Sequence record: DRR723986_4992
Length of the DNA stretch: 47,195 bases
Direction: 5' to 3' (one strand)
The notes below the pieces were generated by a model. That model was given only the letters and a program-made list of their open reading frames with translations. It was not told the origin of the DNA and searched no databases. The position numbers and the translations under genes are program-made. Numbering within the stretch: position 1 is the first letter of the stretch; the number at the start of each line of letters is the position of its first letter. This document shows, one piece after another, positions 1 to 9,297 of this stretch.

Positions 1-304
1 CGAAATAGGGGTTGGTGGCGGCGTTGTTGATGCAGATATCCAGCCGGCCGTGCTGATCACGAATATGGGCGAAGGTCGCCTGGATATCGTCCATATTGCC
101 CACATGACAGGCGAAGGCCTCGGCGCTGCCGCCAGCGTCGCGGATGGACTGGGCTACCGCGCCACAGTCATCGATTTTGCGACTGGACACGATGACATGT
201 GCACCCTGTTCCGCCAGCAGGCGGGCGACGGATTCGCCAATGCCGCGACTCGCGCCGCTAACCAGGGCGATTTTGCCACTCAGGTCGAAAAGGTTGGTGC
301 TCAT
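1..304 (-). CDS. Short-chain dehydrogenase/reductase (SDR), N-terminal part; runs off the window
   Basis: Hand translation gives MSTNLFDLSGKIALVSGASRGIGESVARLLAEQGAHVIVSSRK...LDICINNAATNPYF, with the Rossmann GxxxGIG and NNA motifs. AAGGAG SD upstream. Absent from the ORF track because it is truncated. Confidence 0.93.
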   Translation of the reverse strand, partial: MSTNLFDLSGKIALVSGASRGIGESVARLLAEQGAHVIVSSRKIDDCGAVAQSIRDAGGSAEAFACHVGNMDDIQATFAHIRDQHGRLDICINNAATNPYF

Positions 305-370
305 GGCGGGGTCTCCTTATAGCTCCGGGTTGCGGCTCCGGCAGCCGCCGGGTCGCAGAATACTACGTGC

Positions 371-1552
371 TCAGCCAGCGCTTTGCACGTCACGCAGGTC
401 GCGCCCCTGTAGCACCAGCAGGGACCAGGCGAAATAGCACAGGATGATGGCAGCACTGACGGCCCAGGCAGCCGAGTAACCAAACAATGCCAGGTTGGCG
501 CCAGCCAGCAGGGGGCCGGTGACCCGGCCCCAGGCGGCGGCGGAATGCGCGGTGCCCAGCATACGTCCCCGCAGTTCCGGGGGCGTGCGATGACTGGTAA
601 TGGCGTTGAGCAGGGGCATGCACAGGGTGGCCCCGGTCATCGCGGTAAAGGCCGCTGCCAGCATCAGGGGCATGACGTCGGCAAACACCGCGATTACCAG
701 GCCGGTGAAAAACACGCCGATCACCAGGCGCAGGAATCGCAGTTCACCAAGCACCCGGACCAGGGGCCCCATGAGCAGCCCCTGGACCACCGCCATGATG
801 GCGCCCTGGATACCGAACACGATACCGACCTCCCGCGGACCCCAGCCCAGCAGGTCACCCAGCCAAAGCGGGACCAGGTAGGTCAGCGAACTCACCCCGG
901 AATTGTGCAACAGGTACTGCAAGGTCAACAGCCGGTTACCACTGTGCCTGAGCATCTGCCAGGTGCCCAGGCGGGGACCCCGTTGCTGCAGTCGGTTTGC
1001 CTTCCGCCGCTCGGGGGTCACGGATTCCGGCAGAAAAATGCCCGCCGCCAACAGGGCCAACAGGGACACCGCACCCGCCAGCAGGCAGGGCAGGAGGAAA
1101 CTACCCCCATCGCCGGCCAGCAGCCCACCCAGCATGGGACCCATAACCAGCCCCAGCCCAAAGGCGGCGCCGATCAGCCCCATCCCCCGGGCCCGGTTTT
1201 CCGGGCTGGTGATATCCGCCATCATCGCCGAGGCAACGCCGATGCTGCCCGCCATGAGACCAGCAAAGGCGCGCGCGGCGTAGATCATCCACAGCTCGCT
1301 GGCCAGGCCCAGCATGGCGTAGGCAGACGCGGTGCCGGCCATGCAAATCATCAGGACGGGCTTGCGACCGATACGATCAGACAGGCGCCCCCAGTAGGGC
1401 CCGCAGATCCCGGCACAGGCCGCGTAAGACACGATAATCAGTGCGATATCCACCTTGTCGGCACCGAGTTGCGGCGACATAAAAGGCAGGATGGGTATAA
1501 CGATGCCGAAGCCGACCATGTCGATCAGCACGACAGCAAACAGGATGGGCAC
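371..1552 (-). CDS. MFS transporter, DHA1/TetA-like
   Basis: About 12 hydrophobic segments; motif A GRLSDRIGRKPVL; N-terminal DMVGFGIVIPILP; motif C-like GLGLVMGPMLGG. Confidence 0.92.
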   Translation of the reverse strand: MPILFAVVLIDMVGFGIVIPILPFMSPQLGADKVDIALIIVSYAACAGICGPYWGRLSDRIGRKPVLMICMAGTASAYAMLGLASELWMIYAARAFAGLMAGSIGVASAMMADITSPENRARGMGLIGAAFGLGLVMGPMLGGLLAGDGGSFLLPCLLAGAVSLLALLAAGIFLPESVTPERRKANRLQQRGPRLGTWQMLRHSGNRLLTLQYLLHNSGVSSLTYLVPLWLGDLLGWGPREVGIVFGIQGAIMAVVQGLLMGPLVRVLGELRFLRLVIGVFFTGLVIAVFADVMPLMLAAAFTAMTGATLCMPLLNAITSHRTPPELRGRMLGTAHSAAAWGRVTGPLLAGANLALFGYSAAWAVSAAIILCYFAWSLLVLQGRDLRDVQSAG

Positions 1553-1601
1553 GGCTCAGCCTGCGGTGATCAGCGGGGGTTCCGCTGGTGTGGCCACCGG
1601 C

Positions 1602-2165
1602 TTAATCACCCTGCCAGCGTTTTACCTGCTGCAGGTCGATGCCAAACAGGTCCAGGACTCGCCCCACGCTCTGGGTGACTACCTCGTCGAGGCTTTCGGG
1701 CCGGGTATAAAAAGCCGGTACGGGCGGCGCGATGATTGCGCCCATCTCCGACAGCTGGGTCATACTGCGCAGATGTCCCGTGTGCAGCGGCGTTTCCCTC
1801 ACCATCAGCACCAACCGGCGGCGCTCCTTCAGTACCACGTCTGCTGCGCGGGTAAGCAGGGTGGACGTCACGCCGGTGGTGATTTCACTCATGGTGCGGA
1901 TCGAGCAGGGCGCCACCAGCATGCCTTCCGTCTGGAAGGAGCCGCTGGCAATAGACGCACCGACGTTCTTGACCGGATGAACTTCGCTGGCCAGCGCCTT
2001 GACCTCGGCCGCCGACATATCCAGCTCGTGGTGCAAGGTCAACTCCGCCGACTTCGTCATTACCAGGTGCGTTTCCACACCGGCTTCCGCCAGCAGTTGC
2101 AATGCGCGCACCCCGAGCACAATGCCCGAGGCGCCGCTGATTCCCACTATGATTCGTTTGCTCAT
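1602..2165 (-). CDS. ubiX: Flavin prenyltransferase UbiX
   Basis: MSKRIIVGISGASG, IASGS, APCS, RAADVVLKERRRLVLMVRETP, PPVPAFY. Start reassigned to the ATG at 2165. Confidence 0.95.
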   Translation of the reverse strand: MSKRIIVGISGASGIVLGVRALQLLAEAGVETHLVMTKSAELTLHHELDMSAAEVKALASEVHPVKNVGASIASGSFQTEGMLVAPCSIRTMSEITTGVTSTLLTRAADVVLKERRRLVLMVRETPLHTGHLRSMTQLSEMGAIIAPPVPAFYTRPESLDEVVTQSVGRVLDLFGIDLQQVKRWQGD

Positions 2166-2268
2166 GCACTTGAACCGCCATACTGTGCGCAGACTGTAAC
2201 AGCACCGGGGTCGGAATTCATGCCCGATGCGGCCGCCGGGATCCCCGCCCCGGCAGCCCCTCGGCGGG

Positions 2269-4368
2269 TCAGAACCGCCAGCGCAAGCCGGCCTCGACCG
2301 AGCGCCCGGCCTCCGGCGCGACGTCGCGCAGGAAAGAGGTGCTGAGCCGGATCTCCTCATCGGTCAGGTTGTTGAACGCAACAAACAGGGTCACATCGCC
2401 GGCACGGGTGGCGAGCTGGTAATCGACTCCCGCATCCCAGCGAGTGTAAGCCCCGGTGGGTTCCTCATTGGCGCCGGGCTTGTCCTGCTCGTCGGCATCC
2501 AGCACCCGGGTCCAGATTTCCAGGGTATCGGAACTCCAGCCCAGGCGCCCACCGATGCGCATCGGCGGCAGCCGGGGCACATCATCACCGCTGTCCAGCT
2601 CGCCACGGATATAATCACCGAAGATACCCCCGCGCAGTTCTCCACCGGCTATGGCCGCCAGGTGGAAATCACTGTCCAGCTCTACCCCGTAAAACTCGGC
2701 ATCGTCCTGCGCATAAACCAGCACCGGCGTATCGCCTACCGTCAAACCCGTATTCAGCAGGTTGATGTAGTCGGAGAAATCATTGTAGAAGCCGGTCAGC
2801 TCTACCCAGGACTGCTCGCCGCTCCAGCGCAGGGAGATGTCCGCATTGTTGGACACCTCGGTGTCGAGCTCGGTATCGCCAAGCTCGATCGACCCGGTTG
2901 CGGCGTGCTCGACCCACTCGCCGGGACCGGTATTACCCGCGTTGGAATACAGCTCTTCGGTCGCCGGTGCTCGCTCGCTGCGCGACAGCGCCAGGCCAAA
3001 CTGCCAGGAAGCGGTGAGATCCCAGAGCGCCGAGCCGGACGCGCTGAAGGCGTTGAAGTCCTCAGCAGGCGCTATCTCCCGCCGGGTTTCCAGTTCCGAC
3101 CAGTCATAACGCAGGCCAAACTCAAAGGTCCAGTCACCAGCGTGATAGTCCTCGACCAGGAACAGGCCCAGCTCGGTGGTATCGGTCTCCGGGATATAGG
3201 CTTCCTCGCCCAGCGCGCTGAACTCGCCCGCCGAGACCTGCAGTCCGAATACGCCGTGGAAATTACCGACCTGGCGGTGCACCAGCTCGAGACGGCCTTC
3301 CCAGGTTTCATTGCTGAACCGGGTGCCTACCTCGCCACTGCCCTCGATCTCGGCATGCTCATAGTCGGTATAGGTGAGGAAGCCACGCATCACTTCGAGT
3401 GCTTCGATAGGCTCATGCCAGTGCAGTGCTGCATCGTAGCGGGTCTGCTCGATATCCAGACTTACACCGCCCTCTTCTTCTTCCTCCTCTTCTTCCTCGC
3501 CATGTGCTTCTCCGGCGTGATCCTCGTCTTCATGCTCGTGCGCGCCAGCGGGGATACCGTAGGTATTCTCCAGACGGTTTACCGCCAGCCCGAAAAAGCC
3601 ATCATCGAAGTGATAGGCACCACCCAGGGTCAGGCTCTTGGCCCGGCCGGCCGTGTTGCCAATGTAGCCGTCGGTGGTCTCCTCCTCGGCGTGATCCTCG
3701 TCCTCGTGCGCCTCGCCGTCATGGTCCTCGTGCTCATCGCCATGCTCACGCGCGGCCTTGCCCGGAATTTCAAGGTCGTTGTAATCGCGGTACAGGAAGT
3801 CCGCATGCCAGGCAAAACTGCCGCTGCCACCATCTGCCCGGCCAACCACCGTATCGAGGTCCGAAGCGGTGTCATGGCGATACTCGAGCGCAGCCGTGAC
3901 TGCCTGCTCCAGGGTGGTGGGGATGCGATTGTCCAGTACGTTGACCACACCGCCGATCGCACCACCGCCGTAGAGCAGGGTCGCAGGTCCGCGCAGGATC
4001 TCGATACTGTCGGCGAGCAGCGGTTCCACCGAGATGGCATGGTCGCCGCTGAGGCCACCCACATCGGCGCTGGCGGTGCCATTTTGCAGGACTGTGACCC
4101 GCGGGCCCTGCTGGCCGCGGATTACCGGCTGGCCGACGCCGGGTCCGAAGGACGCGTTGGCAAGCCCGGGGGTATTGGCAAGGGTGTCACCAATGGTGGC
4201 CGCAGCGGCGCGGCGCAGGTCCTCGCCGCTGAGCACCGTCACCGGCAGCGCGGTTTCGGCAGATTTCTTGTGCAAGGGGACCGACACCAGGACGTGCTCC
4301 ATCGGCTGGGTCTCGGCCACGGTATGCGCACTGGCAACGGCCAGTACGCAGGACATGAATCGTTTCAT
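2269..4368 (-). CDS. TonB-dependent receptor, ZnuD-like (probable Zn or other divalent metal uptake)
   Basis: Signal peptide, TonB-box-like EHVLVS, plug motif IEILRGPATLLYGGGAIGGVVN, two His/Asp/Glu-rich inserts, EHAEIEG, C-terminal WRF. Confidence 0.9.
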   Translation of the reverse strand: MKRFMSCVLAVASAHTVAETQPMEHVLVSVPLHKKSAETALPVTVLSGEDLRRAAAATIGDTLANTPGLANASFGPGVGQPVIRGQQGPRVTVLQNGTASADVGGLSGDHAISVEPLLADSIEILRGPATLLYGGGAIGGVVNVLDNRIPTTLEQAVTAALEYRHDTASDLDTVVGRADGGSGSFAWHADFLYRDYNDLEIPGKAAREHGDEHEDHDGEAHEDEDHAEEETTDGYIGNTAGRAKSLTLGGAYHFDDGFFGLAVNRLENTYGIPAGAHEHEDEDHAGEAHGEEEEEEEEEGGVSLDIEQTRYDAALHWHEPIEALEVMRGFLTYTDYEHAEIEGSGEVGTRFSNETWEGRLELVHRQVGNFHGVFGLQVSAGEFSALGEEAYIPETDTTELGLFLVEDYHAGDWTFEFGLRYDWSELETRREIAPAEDFNAFSASGSALWDLTASWQFGLALSRSERAPATEELYSNAGNTGPGEWVEHAATGSIELGDTELDTEVSNNADISLRWSGEQSWVELTGFYNDFSDYINLLNTGLTVGDTPVLVYAQDDAEFYGVELDSDFHLAAIAGGELRGGIFGDYIRGELDSGDDVPRLPPMRIGGRLGWSSDTLEIWTRVLDADEQDKPGANEEPTGAYTRWDAGVDYQLATRAGDVTLFVAFNNLTDEEIRLSTSFLRDVAPEAGRSVEAGLRWRF

Positions 4369-4369
4369 T

Positions 4370-4416
4370 GTCTACTCCTGAATTTTTTTGGGAAGAAAGC
4401 TGATTCAGGCGTAGAC
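4370..4416 (-). promoter_or_regulatory. mRNA hairpin sequestering the receptor Shine-Dalgarno
   Basis: On the mRNA, GUCUAC-G-CCUGAAU (4416-4403) pairs with AUUCAGG-A-GUAGAC (4383-4370), 13 of 14 bp with a 19-nt loop. The 3' arm contains CAGGAG and ends 1 nt before the AUG at 4368. Confidence 0.8.
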
Positions 4417-4704
4417 CGGGGGACCTCGTATCTCGGGGGTGTAACTGGGGGCTAAGCGGGGCGCAATTGGGGCAGTAACTGTGACCTGCGGCCATTCGGC
4501 CAGCAGCTGTAGCGCCGGCACTGAGGCGACGACAGCGGTGTCCGAGGACTTCTTGCACAACAGGCAGCTGGTGTAGGCCTCTGCCGCCGAGTGGCTGTGA
4601 CCGGCTTCGAGCAGGGGCGCACCGGCCAGCAACAGCGCTGCCAGCAGGACCAGTACTCTGGCCTGCGCGCCGCGCTGTCTTCGCTGTGAGGAAAAACGGA
4701 TCAT
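4405..4704 (-). CDS. DUF2946-like (CruR/CutF-type) upstream ORF; putative ribosome-arrest leader peptide
   Basis: Basic plus hydrophobic signal peptide, HSH, C47LLC50, Pro-rich tail ending IRGPPVYA. GGAG SD upstream. Lies 36 nt upstream of the receptor gene. Confidence 0.82.
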   Translation of the reverse strand: MIRFSSQRRQRGAQARVLVLLAALLLAGAPLLEAGHSHSAAEAYTSCLLCKKSSDTAVVASVPALQLLAEWPQVTVTAPIAPRLAPSYTPEIRGPPVYA

Positions 4705-4729
4705 GTCCGCTCCATAAACCGGAACAGGG

Positions 4730-4735
4730 ATTATA
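4730..4735 (-). promoter_or_regulatory. Candidate sigma70 -10 element for the uORF-receptor transcript
   Basis: Perfect TATAAT on the minus strand, 25 nt upstream of the uORF ATG. No convincing -35 element. Confidence 0.5.
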
Positions 4736-4806
4736 AACCAGCCCTCAAACCCCAGGCCAGCGGCCGCGGACCTCGCTTCATCGGCTGGCCGTGCCGACCC
4801 GGTGGC

Positions 4807-5634
4807 CTAGCGGGCGCTGAACCGCGCCAGCTCGCGGTCGTCCTGTAACAAGACCAGCACTGCGCCCTCGAAGCGGAAGGCATTTACCTCTCCCAGGGCC
4901 GCCAGGAAGGCGCGCTCCAGCTGGTCACCCTCGGGACAGGCCATCATGGTGCCGGCCAGCGGTCCAAAGGCCAGTGGCTCGCCGTGCGCGGAGGAACCCT
5001 CCCGGCTGTAGCTTCCAAAGTATCGATTGCAGCCGGAGAAACCGGCGGCCCGCTGCTCCTCGGCCTCGAACTGGAGATCGGGCACCCGGCCATCGCTCCC
5101 TGCAACACCGTCACCGCCGGCGAGGGAAACGAGTTCCCAGACGCCCTGCTCCAGCGCCGGGGCCGACCGCACCGGTTCACCGGGTACCCGCTGTACCAGC
5201 ACCTCTACCGGGTTGCCGCTAAAAGCATCGATAAAATCATGATTGGTGAACAACAGTTGCCCGTCCACCTCAATGCGGGCGCGCAGGGCATAGCGCATGC
5301 GGCCATCGATGCCGGCGGGATCGTAGTCGATCGAGAAAGGGTACGGCGGGCCGCTATCGGGGGTGATCAGTACACTGGCGAGCACGGCCGCCGGCGCATC
5401 CGCCCGGGACACATCCTCGAGTTGCACTTCCAGCTCAGCGCCAGGGGGCAGCATCATCCGCTCCCGGTAGAACACCGTGCCTGTTATCGAGCTCATCCGG
5501 TTCTCCTCCGGCGCCGTGCCGGTATCATCCGTCGAACAGGCCAGCAGCAGACACCCCGTCAGGAGGAGCAGCGAGCGCCTTAGCCCGTTGCGCGCGCCGA
5601 TGAAGCGCCCGGTCATTGCGACCCGGCCAGTCAC
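4807..5634 (-). CDS. Lipoprotein with YbaY (YscW-like) and META/HslJ domains
   Basis: Lipobox LLAC; YbaY motif ITGTVFYRERMMLPPGAELEVQLEDVSRADAPA; META motifs GFSGCNRYFGSY and TMMACP. Exact start uncertain. Confidence 0.88.
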   Translation of the reverse strand: MTGRVAMTGRFIGARNGLRRSLLLLTGCLLLACSTDDTGTAPEENRMSSITGTVFYRERMMLPPGAELEVQLEDVSRADAPAAVLASVLITPDSGPPYPFSIDYDPAGIDGRMRYALRARIEVDGQLLFTNHDFIDAFSGNPVEVLVQRVPGEPVRSAPALEQGVWELVSLAGGDGVAGSDGRVPDLQFEAEEQRAAGFSGCNRYFGSYSREGSSAHGEPLAFGPLAGTMMACPEGDQLERAFLAALGEVNAFRFEGAVLVLLQDDRELARFSAR

Positions 5635-6014
5635 GATGCCACCTGCTCAAGCATGTCCCGCATCTTCGCGTGCAGCATGTTTATTGCCTTGAGTGGTCGC
5701 ACCATAACCTTGAACTCGCAGACCTTGCCCTCGTCGTTAACCGTCATCATGTCGATCCCATTGATCGAGATACCGTCCACGGTGCTGACGAACTCAAGCA
5801 CCGCATGCGGCTCGTCGACGATTTCCTTCACGTATTCAAAGCCCTCGCCAAACACATGCATCGCCGCGGTGAGGTACAGGGTGGTGATCTCCCTGCCCCG
5901 CTGCGGGGTGTGCACCACCGGGGACAGGAACACGCAGTCATCCGCCAGCAGTTCCGCGAGCCGGGCCGGGTTGCGTTCGCTCATGATGTCATGCCAGAGA
6001 TCCAGTGCCTGCAT
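5631..6014 (-). CDS. NTF2/SnoaL-like domain protein
   Basis: LLADDCVFLSPVVHTP...G, LEF...INGIDM...EFKVMVRPLKA. Start reassigned to the ATG at 6014. Confidence 0.85.
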   Translation of the reverse strand: MQALDLWHDIMSERNPARLAELLADDCVFLSPVVHTPQRGREITTLYLTAAMHVFGEGFEYVKEIVDEPHAVLEFVSTVDGISINGIDMMTVNDEGKVCEFKVMVRPLKAINMLHAKMRDMLEQVAS

Positions 6015-6225
6015 TGTTGTGCTCCACGATTTTTCGGTGCCCTCGCGCAGCCTGGCCAAAGCTGGGCCAGTGCCTGACAGCGTTTCCAGCGCTCGGGGGA
6101 TTGGGTACTATAGCCGCCAACTTCCATTCTTGCGAGCGCAGCCGGCACCCGTAACGACGCGCTCCCCAGCCCGGTAAATGCTGCGCCTGATGGGCGCGCA
6201 GTTGCGACACCCTGGAACCGCATCC

Positions 6226-7104
6226 ATGAACCCAGCGCTTACAGTCTGGTGTGTGACCGACCAGAAGCCAGGCCACGACGCCCAGTTGCGGGGCCTGGCC
6301 CGGGCGCTCGAGGACCGCACCGGGAGCTCGACCCTGTGGCTGCCTGCGGGGGACGCGGGGCACTATCGACTGGCCGAGGGCACAGCCCACCCCCAGCTGA
6401 TCCTTGCCGCGGGGCACCGCACCCATGTCCCGGCCCTGCGCCTGCGCCGGCGCTTTGGTGGCAAGCTGGTGGTACTGATGAAACCGACCCTCCCGCGCTG
6501 GCTGTTTGACCTGTGCGTGATTCCCGAACACGACGGCATCGCAGCCGGGAAACGCGTCATTACAACCCGCGGACCACTCAACGATGTCCCACAGAGCACC
6601 AGCTCGGACGCCAGTGCAGGCCTGATCCTGCTGGGCGGAAGCTCGCGCCATTACCAGTGGGACGATGAGGCAATGCGCAAGCAACTGCGAGCGCTCGTCG
6701 CTGCCCTGCCCGGGGTCCACTGGACCATGACCTCGTCACGACGAACGCCTGACGCTTTCTGTACCCTGGCCGAAGAGCTGCAGGATGAGCGCCTGAGCTT
6801 TGTGCCCTGGCAGGATACCGACCAGGCCTGGCTGCGCGACCACTACCGACAGTGCGGCATCATCTGGGTTACCGAGGACAGCGCCTCCATGCTGTATGAA
6901 GCCCTCTCCGCAGGTGCCCGGGTCGGGCAACTGGCGGTGCCGCGCTTGCGGGACAGCCGGGTCTCCCGCGGTGTCGACCGCCTGCTGGAGGAAGGCATCC
7001 TGACCCGGCTGGATGAGGTCATTGCCGAGGGCAAGATGCGGCCTCACGGCGCAGCGCTGCGGGAAGCCGACCGTGTCGCCGCCCACATTGCAGGCTGGTT
7101 TTGA
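6226..7104 (+). CDS. ELM1/GtrOC1-family protein (putative glycosyltransferase-fold)
   Basis: DQKPGH.AQ, LILAAGHRTH, FDLCVIPEHD, LLGGSS, SRRTP, VTEDSASMLYEA signature. Start 6226, alternatively 6178. Confidence 0.85.
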   Translation: MNPALTVWCVTDQKPGHDAQLRGLARALEDRTGSSTLWLPAGDAGHYRLAEGTAHPQLILAAGHRTHVPALRLRRRFGGKLVVLMKPTLPRWLFDLCVIPEHDGIAAGKRVITTRGPLNDVPQSTSSDASAGLILLGGSSRHYQWDDEAMRKQLRALVAALPGVHWTMTSSRRTPDAFCTLAEELQDERLSFVPWQDTDQAWLRDHYRQCGIIWVTEDSASMLYEALSAGARVGQLAVPRLRDSRVSRGVDRLLEEGILTRLDEVIAEGKMRPHGAALREADRVAAHIAGWF

Positions 7105-7108
7105 GATC

Positions 7109-8221
7109 ATGACCACGATGAAAGTTCTCCAGGTATTGCCCGCCCTCAACAGCGGCGGCGTCGAACGCGGTACGCTGGACTTCGCCCGGGAACTGGTGGC
7201 GCGCGGCCACGAGTCCCTGGTCATGTCCAACGGCGGACGCCTGTGCGCCGAGCTGGAGCGGGATGGCAGCCGGCATGTGCAGTTCCCGGTACACCGTAAG
7301 TCCCTGACCTCCCTGCTCGGGGTGCGTGCCCTGCGGCGCGAACTGCTGGCGCTGGCTCCCGATATCATCCACGTGCGCTCCAGGGTACCCGCCTGGATGG
7401 TGTGGCTTGCCTTGAAGCCGCTGCCGGCAGCGCAGCGTCCCGCCCTGGTATCCACTTTCCACGGGCTCTACTCGATAAACCGCTACAGCGCCATTATGGG
7501 CTGCGGTGATCGAGTGATCGCCATCTCACAGGCGGTGGCCGATTACATCCGCAGCAACTACCCGCGCATCGACCAGTCCCGGGTAAGAATCATCCACCGC
7601 GGGGTCGATACCCGCCAGTTCTATCCCGGCTATCCGGTGCCCGACGCCTGGCGCGAGGCCCTGTTCAGGCTCGCACCGGCGGCGCGCGCCAAGCCGCTGC
7701 TGCTGATGCCAGCGCGCTTGAGCCCGTGGAAAGGACAGACCCGCTTTCTGGAGATCGTGCAGCGCCTGAAAGCCGACGGCATCGCCTGCCACGGGCTCGT
7801 GGTCGGCGAACCGACACCGGGCAAGGAACCCTACCTGCAGGAACTGCTCAGCTTGCGCGATCAACTGGGGCTGACCGACGATGTCAGCTTCCTGGGTCAC
7901 CGCAGCGATATGCCCGAGCTGTACGCGGTCGCCAGCGTGGTGTTCAACCTGTCGACTCACCCCGAGCCCTTCGGCAGGACCGTGATCGAGGCGCTGGGCA
8001 TAGGAACGCCCGTGGTGGCTTTTGACGAAGGCGGACCGGCGGAATCCCTGCGGGACTGCCTTCCGGCCGGGCTGGTGGCTCCCGGGGATCTCGATGCCGC
8101 GGTGCAGGCAAGCCGCACCTTCCTCGATAATCCGCCGCAGGTCGAGCTGCCGTCGCAGTTCACTCTCAAGGTCCAGGCCGACCGCACCCTCGAGGTCTAC
8201 CGCGAGGCGCTGGATCGTTGA
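7109..8221 (+). CDS. Glycosyltransferase family 4
   Basis: KVLQVLPALNSGGVERGT, HVRSRVPAW, STFHG, EPFGRTVIEA (EX7E). Confidence 0.92.
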   Translation: MTTMKVLQVLPALNSGGVERGTLDFARELVARGHESLVMSNGGRLCAELERDGSRHVQFPVHRKSLTSLLGVRALRRELLALAPDIIHVRSRVPAWMVWLALKPLPAAQRPALVSTFHGLYSINRYSAIMGCGDRVIAISQAVADYIRSNYPRIDQSRVRIIHRGVDTRQFYPGYPVPDAWREALFRLAPAARAKPLLLMPARLSPWKGQTRFLEIVQRLKADGIACHGLVVGEPTPGKEPYLQELLSLRDQLGLTDDVSFLGHRSDMPELYAVASVVFNLSTHPEPFGRTVIEALGIGTPVVAFDEGGPAESLRDCLPAGLVAPGDLDAAVQASRTFLDNPPQVELPSQFTLKVQADRTLEVYREALDR

Positions 8222-8277
8222 TTCACTTCGGGACAGGGATGCCTTAGGCTGTAGCGTCTACGCCCGCAGAAACCATC

Positions 8278-9297
8278 ATGCGAATACTGCACATCTTCCA
8301 TCAACAGCTGCGCAAATACGGCCAGACCCGGGTCAGCTGGGCCCAGAAGCTGTACCACGGGCTGGTCAAGAACGACTTCCTGGTGCGCACGTTCAGCGAT
8401 CGCGATGTAGCGGCCTTCGAAGCCCCGCTGGGCATACGCGACCTGGGCGGCAAGCGCGCCAATCGTCGCCTGCTGCAAACTGCGGACGCCTTCGCGCCGG
8501 ACCTGGTGATCATCGGGCACTGTGACTTCATCGAGAACGCAACCCTGGATGCAATCCGTAAGCTCTGCCCCGGGGTGGTCATCGCCGGCTGCAACAACGA
8601 CCCGCTGTTTGTGCCTGAGAACGTGGAGAAGATCCGCCACCGCTGCACCGCCGTCGATGCCATGTTCGTGTCAACCGGCCAGCGGGAACTGGCGATGTTC
8701 GAGGGCCAGCGGGCGCGCCTGCTGCACATGCCCAACCCGGTGGATCCGGCAATTGAAGGCGGGGATAACACGCAGCAAGAACGCTTCGACCACGACCTGA
8801 TTTTCTGCAGCAAGTCCCAGGATCACACCGAGCGCGGGCGCACCGTCGAGGCGCTGCGCAAGCAGTTGCCCGCCGAAGTGCGGTTCTACACCCCCGGCGC
8901 CGAGGGTGTGCCCGGAGTGTGGGGCCGAGACTACGATCTCGCGCTTGCCGCCAGCAAGATGGGCCTGAACCTGAACCGGCAGGAAGGCCTGCATTGGTAC
9001 TCTTCGGCGAGAATGGCGCAGATGGGCGGCAACGGCTTGCTGGTGTTTACCCACAGCAGCGGCGGCTTCCAGTCCCTGTTCCCGGCGGAGTCCCTGGTCT
9101 ATTTCGACGCGGCGGACGATCTGGCAGAGCAGGTAGTTCGGTTTAACAGCGACGATGCGATGCGCAGCCAATGGGCCCGCAATACCCGGGATTTTTTCCA
9201 CCGGGAGATCAACTGCACGCTGTACGCACGCTATATCGTCGAGGCCAGTCTGCAGCAAGCATTCAGCCACCCCTATGCCTGGGCCAATGACAAGTAA
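8278..9297 (+). CDS. Glycosyltransferase, GT-B (CgeB/Glyco_trans_1_2-like)
   Basis: In an operon with other glycosyltransferases; SKMGLNLNR...YSSARMAQMGGNGLL is typical of this family. Confidence 0.75.
   Translation: MRILHIFHQQLRKYGQTRVSWAQKLYHGLVKNDFLVRTFSDRDVAAFEAPLGIRDLGGKRANRRLLQTADAFAPDLVIIGHCDFIENATLDAIRKLCPGVVIAGCNNDPLFVPENVEKIRHRCTAVDAMFVSTGQRELAMFEGQRARLLHMPNPVDPAIEGGDNTQQERFDHDLIFCSKSQDHTERGRTVEALRKQLPAEVRFYTPGAEGVPGVWGRDYDLALAASKMGLNLNRQEGLHWYSSARMAQMGGNGLLVFTHSSGGFQSLFPAESLVYFDAADDLAEQVVRFNSDDAMRSQWARNTRDFFHREINCTLYARYIVEASLQQAFSHPYAWANDK

Noticed and set aside
1602-2165. ubiX without an adjacent ubiD
   Set aside because: ubiX and ubiD are commonly unlinked in gammaproteobacteria.
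1602-2360. N-terminal extensions in the ORF track for ubiX, and likewise folA, thyA, rppH, the HAD phosphatase, the hydrolase and the glycosyltransferases
   Set aside because: The extensions overlap neighbouring genes or promoters. Family homology begins at downstream start codons, so these are not fusions.
2227-4455. 742-aa plus-strand ORF, and similar long ORFs such as 545-1678, 18594-19733, 23389-24378, 30748-32010, 37104-39137 and 44110-45402
   Set aside because: Antisense shadows of well-supported genes, expected in GC-rich DNA with strong codon bias; no recognisable motifs.
4705-4806. Search for a Zur or Fur box upstream of the ZnuD-like receptor unit
   Set aside because: No convincing palindrome by eye, so none is reported. 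A PWM scan would be needed to exclude a degenerate site.
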